Assembly: GCA_964482725.1 (NCBI GenBank)
Contig: CAYZYT010000005.1
Location: 24,133 to 88,132 of the forward strand
DNA: 64,000 bases
Source of the DNA: an uncultured bacterium
GTDB taxonomy: Bacteria > Omnitrophota > Omnitrophia > Omnitrophales > Aquincolibacteriaceae
Reading direction: 5' to 3'
Below are positions 49,342 through 61,300 of this stretch, piece by piece (positions within the stretch are counted from its first letter, which is position 1; each line of letters starts with the position of its first letter). The position numbers and the translations under genes are program-made. Under the pieces are notes generated by a model. It was given only the letters and a program-made list of their open reading frames with translations, was not told the DNA's origin and made no database searches.

Positions 49342-52300
49342 TCACGCTGCGGTGGCAAAAACAAGATTATTGTCGTAACTTCGCTGGAGGGCATTGACCA
49401 AATTCTCGGCAACCCTCCAAAAACCATCCGAATCCTTATTCACCCCCACAAAACGGGCCGTTTCCCCGCCGCCAAGGGCCCAAAGAAGCGCAACCGCCAG
49501 AGACCCGCTTTTCTGACCCTGAGTTTTAAAGAAAGAAACCCTCTTTCTCAGGCGCTGGACCAGTTCCGTGGAGGGAAGGATCTTCTTTGAAAGATGAATA
49601 CTCGGCGCATTCGGCCGGTCAAAGCGGCTCTGAGCTCCCGCCAAGTCTTGACCGGTCCTCGTCACGCGATCAAGCTTCAAAAGAGCCCCGAGCTCTTTAT
49701 CCTGCACCTGCCCGCGCTCATTATAAACCACCACATGAAGCGCTTTATTCGATAGCGCCACGATCAAGTATTCCTGTTTCTGAGCCAGAGAAAGATTCTG
49801 AAAATCTTCCGCATCCACAAATACCGTCGCCGGCTGAACGCCCATACGAACATTCCTCACCATCCGGTCGCCGAGATCCCCCGATATCACCCTCTCAGAA
49901 ACCACCGCTACCCGAGGCTGAAGACTTGCGATAAATGATTCAGACCCCATCTTTTGAGTAGTGGCTTGCAACCTCTTTTGGGCAACATCTTCCCCTTTCG
50001 AATCCCGCACCTCGGAGCGGTCCGCGGGTAATGCCTTGAGATAATTCTCAACGTCACTCAGGATCTTACGATAATCTTCCCGGGCGATCACCTCCGGACG
50101 CTGGGACAGGGCCTCACGGAACTCACGCGTAAGTACGCCTAATTCCCGAGCTTCCTCAGTACTTCCCCTTTCGATCACAAAATCCGCCTGTTCCCGGGTG
50201 GGATCCACAAAAGATTTCTCACCCGCCGCCACATTATCCCAAAGCGCCAGAGTCCGGAATGGATCGCTGAACTTTCTGACCTCAACATCCCGGAAAAGTC
50301 TCCGCATGAACCGGATCTGCCACGGCGTGTCGAGAAAGATCTTCAAAACCGGCACGTCAGGCCCTAAGGCAGACATCACTCTCGGATGCAGTGAATGAAG
50401 TCCTTCCACCCCAATAATGTCGCGACCTCCCAACTGAGAGGTCCTGGCAGGCTCCGCAACGCCAAAAGTACTGGCTGGGATCACCGCCGTACCGTCCCTA
50501 TTCAGCTTTCGGATCGTTTCCGTCATCACGGGAAGATTGTAAGCATCGATATGATCAAAATCAGGCTTGCCGTTTCGAAGAGGACATTCATCCTCCGGCT
50601 TAAAATAGCGATCTTCGGGGACCCATTCAATCTTCCGACCCTGCCCCGCCATCAGACGATTGAACTCATCGAGCATCCATGTTTTTCCGGTAGCGGAAGG
50701 TCCCCCCACAAGCAGAACCGCTCTCGCCGGCAACTGTCGAAGTCTTTCAGAAACAACTCCGCTCAGAACGTCCCAAGTCCCACGGCCCCTTTTCTCGGCC
50801 AGATCTTTCCTGACTTGTGTTTCCATCTGATCGACAATCCCGGAGATGGTCTGGTCGGAGCCGTTTACGATCACGACCGCGTCCGATGGCTGGCGAAGCG
50901 GGGCAAAGGTGCGCCGGCGATCGAGATCATCGCGCTGCTGTATCTTGGCCATAACATCCTCGATCGAAACAGCCTGGGAACCTTCTTTCGCCCGGAACTG
51001 TTCCGCGCGGCGCCTGGCCCGCACTTCGACGGGAGAATCCAAATAAAATTTGGTACCCGTGGCATCCGGGAATACTTCGGTACCCATCTGTCGGCCATCC
51101 ACGACGGCATTATATTTCTCACCGGTCTCGCGGATCTTTTGAAGGACAAATATCTGAACGGCTTTATATTGCGAGACTTCCGCCACCACGCGCGTCACTT
51201 CCTGAGAACGGATCACATCCGTCACGCTCGCGCGGTCCAGAAGAACCTGCAAATCGCTCCCTTTCGCATCGAGAGATACGCTCGTCTTTTCAAGAACCGC
51301 CGTCACGGCAGCTTCGTTCAGCGGATCGATCCCTTCCCGGATCATTTTGTAGGCGATGGCTCTAAAAATGACGCCCGAGTCCACGTACAGGTATCCGAGG
51401 CGCCGCGCCAATTCCAGCCCGGCGGTTCCCTTCCCCGATCCTGACGGCCCGTCTATGGTCACCACAACGGTGCTCAGCGGATTCATTTTAAGAGCGAGCG
51501 TTTTCCCGGCCTCGCGCACGTCCGAACGGTTTTGAGCGCGCACCGCAGGACGGGAGCTAACAAACTTTTGAATCTCGGCCACATCCTTCGCCGGGGCGTT
51601 ACTCACGCCGATATAGACGTCGAACTTCCCGTTCGGAACCTTTCTCATCTGCTCTATTTTCCGGTCGATCCACACACCGGGCACCCACTTGGGGAGTACG
51701 GTCCGCTTCTTGAAAAACTGCCTGTATTCTTGTTTGGCGAGATCTTGAACCGTTTTCGAAAGCAGGAATTCCTTGATTCCCTCCAGGGAAAATCTCACAA
51801 AGACATCTTTATTGTCCTCGATCTCCACCGACGGCATGCTATGGGGGCCGTTTTTCATGAATGCCACGATCGCCCGGTTGACATAGCCATCATCCATTTC
51901 TCCAAAATAGACAATATTACGGATCTTCTTGTACTTCGGGTTCTCGACCAGGACACGCATGTGCGGGTATTTTGCCGAATCCAACCCCCCGATCACTTGT
52001 TGATAAAGTTTGCGGAGGCTTAAAAAGAACTTGAACTCGAAAACCGTATTTTTACTCACGGCGTCCCATTCCTTCCCCGAGGAATCCCGGACAAATTCAT
52101 GGATCGCCCGGATCACGCCCACGTTGATCTTTTTCAGGGACTTACTCCGTTTGATGACCTCCCGGTAAACCCCGGAGATCTCCCCCGCCAGGCCCACCAT
52201 CTTGTCGCGAGGATTTCTCGGCCCCAGCATCGCCTCGACCATATCCGCGACCGACTCGAAGACAGCGGCATGAACCACCTTCGCCCCAGGACCGTTGAAG

Positions 52301-55300
52301 GCAAGCAGCTCACGGATCTTTTTTTCTAATGCCGCGAAGGAGAACTTCCATTCCCGGAATATCGAGATCACGGCCAGAGCGTCATTGAGCTCAGCCGCAC
52401 TGAGCTCGATCTTCGGCCGCTTGGCCGGACGGGCCGCATCGTCCGGTTTGCCGGTCCGATCGTTTCTAAGAACAAACTGACGGAGCTCCCGGCTCAAGGA
52501 CTTCTGACCTTTCAGGTAGGGCTCAAACGACTCCTGGACCTTACGGATCGTGTTGAGAACGGACTGCCTTTGTTCAGGGGCCGCCGTCGCCCCGTCGCCG
52601 AGGATCCTCGCCCCGTCTCTCCGGTAGAACCATCCCAGAAAATCCACCAAAAAATATCCGGGAAGTATATCGATCTCTGCGTCCGTCAAGCCTTGTTTGC
52701 CCGCGGTCCTCTGATAAACCGACAAGGCCCGGAGGAGATACTGCTCCAAATGATCCGTCACATAACCCTGCCGTGGATGCCCTGTCCGGAAAACAACCGA
52801 TGTAAAATCTTCCATTCTGTGACCGAATCGGACATCTTCCCAATCGGTAATTGCGCGTATCCTCCCGGCAGCATCAAAAAAGCAATTGGCGATATTCATA
52901 TCGGAGTTAATAGGCTTTTTCGGAATTTTCTTCGAGAGCGCCCAAACCCCGGGGAAAACATCATCCAAAACCGAGAGGATCGTCCGCGCCTCATCCGGAG
53001 CATAGGCTTGAAGAATACGCTCGCGTCCGTTCGTCCGGCTTTCCTCCATTTGCTCATAATTCCGGCTGCGGGTCCACCGGCCAAGCCCCGCCCAACGTTC
53101 CTCGGACACGTCCAGGGTGGCTGCATGGCTCGAGGCAAGCCATCGAACCACTTCATCGAGCATGGGGGGGGAAGCCTCTTCCCGGTATACATTTTTCAAT
53201 CCCTCGATCCAATTCTCGACCACAAAATATTCTTTGAGATGCGTCGACTGATTAGAAATGCTGAAAATGAGATTAGCGGGTTCACTCATTCCAAAACGAA
53301 AAAGCGCCGGAATAGGGATCCCCTTACGCATATTCCGGTGGATGATATCCGCGATAAACAGGCTCTCCCGTTCTTCGTTCGCCGAACTCAACCGGGAAAG
53401 CTTCTTCAGACAAAATAGCCCCTGTTCCGTTTTAAGGATCGGGATATCTCTTCCGTCATGCCTCTTGAACCGAACGGATTTTAGTGCACCAAGCCCGTAT
53501 TCCGTGAACAGCCGGGCGACATCCTCGTCCGTCCACCCCGCGAAGGCCTCCCTCGCCCTGGGAATTCCAAGAAGCGCGGACGGACTCACCTCCGTCTTGT
53601 CCCCCGGACCTCCACGCATCTCGGAGCGAACCACAAGCGAGTCCCGAGTAGTACTTGAATCAACAGAATTCAAGTGCATCTCGGAGCGAGCCTCACGCGA
53701 GTCCCGAGAAGTCTTTGGCGCAACAGGCGTCAAAGGCATCTCGGAGCGAGCAACGGTGATGAAAATTGCGGCGGTGCGCAGGTAGCGGCCTTGTGAGGAA
53801 GGTAAGGCATAGTCACCATTCGCCCATATCTTTGCATTGCCTCCATGGTCAAGAAGCATCGCTTGACTAAGGCCATATTTCGAGGCTAATGCCGCGCTTT
53901 CAACCAACGTGGAACCCTTACGACCGGATTTCCCCGAGATCCCAAGAACCACAAGTTCCCCGCCGGGAGTCAAGCCCATAAGGGTCCGCGGATATATCCC
54001 CGGTTTGAAAAATATTTTTATCTTCCCTTCCTCGAATTTGAACTGCCCTCGCTCCGTAATTTCACCGTCATTTTCGAGATACCCGCTATCCTTCAACGCC
54101 TTTCGGAGAACGGCTTCCGGAACCGCAACCTCCGTGGTCACTCGATCCGTTCCCTCTTTGAAGCTGAGAGCAACGGTCAGATCCATCCGCACCGGACTTT
54201 TCCAGGCGTTCTGGGCCAACGCATAACCGTTCCGGGACATTTGAGAAACATCAAAATAGATTTCTTCCTTGGAAGCCAACTTCCCCGTTGATGAATCGGG
54301 AAGGTCTCTGGCCAGGATTTTGGGTAAGGTATAAACATGCCGCAGATCTTGAAATTGGGGAATGATCGATTCGATGTCTTCCCGCGGATGACCTCTTCCG
54401 TCCAGTAAGAACTGTCCGAAGGTCGCGTAGTCGATATCTTTTTGAATCTCCCCCCCATTCGCGAAAGCATGGATCGTTCCGTTATTTCCGGCCCGGTAAG
54501 AAACATCCTCCATCAAAAACGTCCCGTTCTTCCGGAGGATCAACGAAGAATACGGATGAGCCCGGATATCCTCGCCGACCGGATAAAAGAGCTTCCCGTG
54601 TGCGAAGGTCACGAATCCTTGATTGGCGAATAAACTCGAATTGTCCACGGCAGCCACCACGGTCTGAGACGGATGGCTTGCTTCAAAACGCCGGATCATC
54701 GCGTCATCCGTTTCGATCTTTTCATGGACTGCGGCATTATCGGTTATCAAAGAACCATCGGCCTCGCGAAAAAAAGCGGTTTCCGTGTTCCGGTCAATGC
54801 CGAATCTTCCCTGAAGTTCCTCCTGGATGGCCACATGAACGCCCCTGCCTGAGGATGGCGAAATTCGAAAGGAAACCACTTCCGAAGACCCCGCCTGAAA
54901 TTGAACCGTCTCTTTTGCGACGGGGAGATACCTCACCTCGGAGCGCCGGCTCGAAGCAGTTAACGCCGTTTTTACTTCTGAGCTCAGAGACTTTTCTCCG
55001 TTAAAGTACGGCGCAAATTGCTTTTGAATTTCCTTGATCGCCCGGAGGATCATCGTCCTCTGGTTCGGGGTCGCTTCTCTTCCTTGCCCCGTCACTCCCT
55101 TCAGATCTTTCACATAAAACCAGCCCAGAAAATCCACGAGAAAGAACCCGGGAAGGCTGTCGATCTCTTCATCCGTCAGCCGCCGGTCTCCCGCGGCCTC
55201 CTGGTAGGCTTGCAGGATTTGGATCAGATCCCGCTCCAGATGTCCGACCACATAACCTTGGCGAGGTCGTCCGGTGCGAAAAAGGATCGAGGTGAAATCT

Positions 55301-58300
55301 TCGATCCGGTAACCCAACCTCGAAGCTTCCCAATCCGTGATCTCGCGGATCTTTCCGTCAGCGTCAAAAAAACAGTTCGCGAAATTAAAATCGGAGCTGA
55401 TGGGCTTGAGCGGAAGTTTCCGGAGCAACGAGGAAACCTTGGGAAGGGCCTGGTCCAAGACGGACAATATCGTCTCGCTATCTTCTTCCGAATAAAATCG
55501 TTTGATCTGCTCCCGGTCCTCGACGCGGCCCCGCTCCATATCCCGGAGCTGCCATTCACGGGTCCACCGCTCCAGCCCCTTCCAATCCGAATCGGTCACA
55601 TCCTCCGTCGCGGCGTGGATCCGATACAGCCATCGAGCGGCCTCTTGCAACATTTCGGGCGTCGCCTCTTCGCGATGGACGCTTGGGTATTCCGTGATCC
55701 ATCTTTCAACCATAAAGTATTCTTGGGTGTGCAACTCGGTGTCCGTGATCCTGAAGAATAAATTTTCGCGCTTTTCCTCTCCAAGACGATAAAGCGCCGG
55801 AATGGGGGTTCCCTTCTGTTTATTCCGATGAACCGTATCCGCGATAAAAAGCATCTGCCTTTCCCTGTCGATCGGATCGAAAGTCGTGATCTTTTTGAGG
55901 CCAAAGAACCCACGAGTCGTTTCAAGAATGGGAATACTTTTATCATTATGCGCTCTCAATTGAACCGCCTTTAGCTCACCGAGCCCGTATTCTTTAAAAA
56001 GCCTCGCGATGTCCTCATCCGCCCATCCCTGGAAGGCTTCCCTCGCCCCGGGAATTCCAAGAAGCACGGACTGACTCACTTCCGTCTTGTCCCCCGGACT
56101 TTTGGCGGCAGCCTCGCGCAGCGGGTATTCATTCATAGAAAGGTTGTGATGGGCGAAAATATTCATCGAATGGACTAGCTGTAATTTCTCTGCGCGTATC
56201 CTTCCAAAAGTATCCTCCCGATGCCTTTTCACCCATTCAAGAAGCTGCGCTCTTTCGTCACGCGTCAATTCCCTGATAGGAGAATAAAGCGTGATCACTC
56301 GCCGTTCCGGCGTTTTTCCGTCAAAAAGGATCGTCTCGGCCTGTATCCGGCCGTCCTCGGGATCCACCGTGACTCCCTGAACCCAAATATCAAAAGGTTC
56401 CCTTGCCTTGGCCATTTGTCCGGTTTTCTCCTGAGCATCTTGGATCTTTTCATCTGAGAAAGGTTGCTTCTGTAGGTGGAATGTCTCCAAAGTAAGGTGG
56501 TAGGCCTCGCGCGGAAAAATAAAGAATTTCTGGGCGAAGGGTTGTTTTGAAAATTCATCGGTAAGTCGGATCAACCCGCGTACGGTCTCATGACCTTCTT
56601 CGGGGTACACAGCAGCGGACAAACTGTAAAGAACCGCTGGGACACCTTCCCGGTTGGCGACACGCTCCCAGAGATTGATCTTCAGCCCCGGAACTTTTCT
56701 GAATTCAACGTATCTGGAATAGGACTCTTCCGTATAAAGTCGTCCCGCGGCTATCGCCTGCTCGGCCTTCAGGAAAGACGGCTCAAAAACAGTCCGCCGC
56801 GCCTCATCCAGGATCGTTTGTTCTTCCGGTGTCCTTACCTCGGAGCGGACTATCGGGTCGGATGGATCGGGCCTCGCATCATCATAAAGGGAACGCACAT
56901 CGGCCCAAAATTCCTTGCCGTCCCATTTGAACGGCATTCCGTAAATAACGAACCGCTGATCCTTCGTCAGTGCCGGCGGCATCTGTGCCTTGACCGCTGC
57001 CAGATCACAAATGTCGGGGATCTGATCTATGGCCGCTTCGATCTTTTTGTTGATGACGTCGGCCGCATACCAAAATTCGACAGGGTATTTTCTCAGGCGG
57101 AGATTACTGTTAAAGACCGCTTCCCCGCCTGGCGCAAGCAGTGAGATCTGGCCCAGGAGCCGCAACCATTTAGCCCATCGCTTGTAGGCATCATCCCCCT
57201 TAGCAAGTCGCGTCGAAACCATCATCAGCGAATTCAGGATATCGATCGAATCGCGCCACTGTCCGCGAAGCTTCTCTTCTTCCGCCCCAAAAATCGCCCC
57301 GATAGTCTTATTAAGATCTGAAACCTCTTCCGGGGTCAGGTCCTGATCCGAATTCATGGAGGATTTCGCCAGCTTTTCAAACCGGTACTGGTCATAATTC
57401 CGGAGAGACCGGTCCCGCGCTTCCGAATCGAGCCACGTCACCACCGTCGCGAGCCTTGCCGGGTAATACACCATACTGTCCGGAAGCACACTCGCCGCAT
57501 CCGCGATATTGTGCAGCAACAACTTCTCAAAACCTTTTTCATCAAGCCCTTCCTTGAATTTTGTGTAACGCAACTCTCCGAGATACAGCGATCCTGCACT
57601 CATGTGGCGTCGGATAAGCGAAGAAACAGCCCGAGCCCTCTGCGAAGACATGAGAAGATCGCTCTGGAAGAAAGATTCTGCATAATCCGCCCCGCTTGCC
57701 TCATGCCCCACATCCGCGTTGCCAAAGATGTATCCAAAATCATGGGCTTTGATCTCAAGCCACATTTCCGTTTTTTCATCCAGCGTTAATGCATCATAAA
57801 CGGACTTCACCCGTCCAAGATCTTTCCGGTACCCATCCTTATCAGGTGAGGTGGTTCCGTGCTTTAAGCGGTTGAGAAAGTAATCAAAATTGCCGGTGGT
57901 AAGGGCGCGAAAGAAACGTTCAACACGTATCATGTGCCGTGCTTTCTCGGGATTAGCTTCCAACGGTTTCTCTTCATTTCCCTCTTTGATCTTCCGGAAC
58001 GGTTCGCTGGCCGAAAGATCGAATTTCTCAACCTCGAGATCCGGAAGGTAAGTATTAACGATCTTCATCGTCGCATCGCTGACAGGCTCCGGGCCCTTAA
58101 GCCCTGAAAGGGCCTCAAGGATCTCATCGATAGTGATCTTGACATAATCCTTCTGGCCCGCCGACTTCGTCTGAGAGCGTTCCGCTTCCGCCTCGGCAAG
58201 ATAGCCTTCTAACATTTTTGCTACATCCCGCGCCTCGGAGCGAACGGACAGAAGACCTGCGCCTTGCGCCTCCCGAGAAACATTTTCCACTTCAGCCGCA

Positions 58301-61300
58301 TCCGATTCCGGAGAAACCATGTCGTTATAAACATCAGAAAGCACTACGCTGGCTTGCTGAGCGGTTATGGGCAAAAGCAGAGCAGGCGATTTTTCAGTCA
58401 CTGAATGTTCTTGAACCGCTTTTAAAAAAGAAGAACCGATAGCTTTCAGATTGGCCGAAAAAGCAAAACGCTCTTCGGCTGATTTTCTGGCCATCGCCCC
58501 CATTTGATCCCTCTCCGCCTCATCACCCGCAAGTTGACCGATCCTCCGCGCCAGATCCCGGTAATTTCCACGAGGAATCACAAAACCGGTGACACCCTCG
58601 ACCAAAGTTTCAGGCAGCCCTCCTCCGTCAGAAACGATGGCAGGAACACCGCTGGCCTGCGCCTCCACCGGGACGAGACCGAAGGGTTCAGCTCCCAACG
58701 TGGGATAGACCACAAGATACGATGCGTCATACCAGCGCCTCATTTGTTCGACTGACTGGCCTCCCACAAAAAGGACTTCCACCTTGAGGCTCTTCGCAAG
58801 ATCCTGCAGCTTGGCAAGATCATTTTGCAATGGATTGTGCTCGGGCCCCAAAACAACAAAAGACAATTGAGAGCTCCGTGCGGGATCCTGTCTCAATAGT
58901 TCTGCGGCAGCACGGAGGGTAACCTCCTGGCCCTTGCGGGGCTCGATACGGCTCGGGTGAAGGATGATTTTCTTGCCCGAAAGGCCATACTGCTTACGAA
59001 GCGCCTCAACAGACATACGATCTTCGGCATTCCGTTCTTGAAGAAAATAGCTCATGTCAGAAATAGGATATAGGCGCTCTACTTTTTCACTGCCAAGGTC
59101 TGAAAAAATCTTCTGAAAGGCATTACTGCATGTCACCGCCGCATCCGAGTTCCTTACCAAATAGGCAACCCCTTCCGTAATGGCGCCGCCATGGAAAAAG
59201 TAATGAGAAGGGATCCGTAACTGGTGAGAAAATGAAAGGGCGGTTTTCAAAAGGATAAACTGCGCTTTTGAGCTATTCAGAGCGATCAGATCGATCGGCA
59301 TCCGTCTCTGGATCTCAGCGAGAAGCCTTTCCAAATGGATGCTTACTTCCCCGTCCGTGAGAGGAATGTTGTCAGGACTCCTTTTAGGAATCCCATGGAG
59401 CACAAGGCGGTTCCCGCTTTTGGGGGCCTCAAACAATGTTTCCGATGGCTCTGTCCCCGCACCCAGGTACAGAAGCTCGAACGTAAATCCTTTTTCTGTT
59501 CTCAAGAGCGTCTTGATCAAATTCTGCTGGTAAGTCTGTATCCCACCTATTTTAAGCTGCTGAGGACTGATGGAAAGTACATGCCGCACGCCCTTCGCAC
59601 CAAGCTCACCTCCGGGCAAAGACGGAACGGTCCCCTCGTTCAATTCACGGAAGAAACGCGCCCAGTTTTCCTTCAAAAGCGCCTCACGTTGCTTTTCCGA
59701 CAGGACCGATTTATCAGAAACAGTTGGTGACCCAGCTGCCAATAGTCGCATCTCGGAGCGAGCTTCAAGCGAGTCCCGAGTAGTACTTGAATCAACAGGA
59801 TTCAAGGGCATCTCGGAGCGAGCCTCACGCGAGTCCCGAGAAGTACTTGAATCAACAGAATTCAAATGCATCTCGGAGCGGACAGAAGAAGTAGCAGTCG
59901 GTGCCGTTGCAGGTTCCGCTAAAACCTCTGTCGGAAAATTCGTGATTTTATAAAGAGCGTAGGGCTTCCCTTCAAAGAGAAAGGATTCAACGAGAGCGCC
60001 CTGCAGCGGGTACGCTTTGGGCTCATCTTTGCGGGATTTCGGCCAGGGCTTATAATTAAAACGTTTCACGGCAGGGGGCACTTTCTCAGCCTGCAGTGCA
60101 ATAAAGAAACCTTTTTTTGCTTTAAACAAATAAGATTCCTCATTGCGAGCCCAGGCAATCGGCCGAAAGCTCTCCAATCCGACCAGCAGGGGTTCTCCCT
60201 GAACATGCAAGCGTGCAAGCCTGCTACCTTTCAGAAGGGCTGCGATGTGTTCTCCATCCGAACCCGTCAGGAGGTTGCCAAGGACCCCCCAAAGAGAGAC
60301 TTGAAATATCATAAGCGAAACACCCGGGAAAAAACCCAGATACCACAAAATGAAGGATACGCAAGCAACGCTAAGTTCCATCAAAGGACCCGATACAGCA
60401 ATCCAAATACGTTGGATGGGGAGAAGTCTAAAATCGTCAGGCGAGTACGTGGTAACAAATCCCGGAAAAAGGCTATAAACAATATCCTGGACAGTCGCTT
60501 GCCCGTCAGCCTTCCCTCTTTTTTGAATTATCTTCGCCGAGATAAAATGACCTGCCTCATGCGCCGCTACTGCGCTAATGGCAATCAAGGCAAAAACAAA
60601 TCCCAAAAAAGGCATGTCGATCACGAATGCGCCATAAATACTCTTATAAGATTCAATCCGTTTTTTGACCGCACGACTTGGCTGTCTCGAAAGAAAAGGG
60701 CTGTACTCGGAAATGAACAATTCGCGGATAACAAAAGCTAGACTGAATGCGGTGAACATCACTATTCCGGGCATGCGATCGAGAACAAAAAAAGCCCCTG
60801 TCACGGAAAGAACAGCACGGAGAAGGTTGAGTCTCCGGTTAAAGGTTGCCACCTTTTTCCAGTCGAACACGCCGTGTCGCTTAAGATAAGATTCGTACTG
60901 ACTGACAAAAAAATGGATCGCATCCGAAAATATTTTATTACTGAAAACCACAAGACCCCAGGCAAGCCCGAATAGTACCGTCACAAAACCAAAACCGATA
61001 ACCCTTTGCCCAAACTTCATCGGGTTAACAAAATAGTCACGCAGAGCTTTTCCGATCGGCACGCGCTTTGCAGCCTGCGTGACGCTCTCCCCCCCGGAGG
61101 CATTTCGAACCACCGGCTGGGCTTGAGAAGGCAATGAAAATACTGGATCGGGTACCGGAAGGCGCCGGATCGAGAAATTGTCCGCAAGGTGGACCAGCTC
61201 CGCTTTCTCCGCACGGAACAAGCCCATCACCCGATCGCGATTCCGGATAACCCAGCTTTGCACCTGGCTTGTCTCATCCGCCGTCAAGGGCTCGAGGGGC

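Noticed and set aside
53616-53748. 60-bp periodic repeats as a CRISPR array
   Set aside because: The 'spacers' are near-identical to each other and the array is in-frame within a CDS
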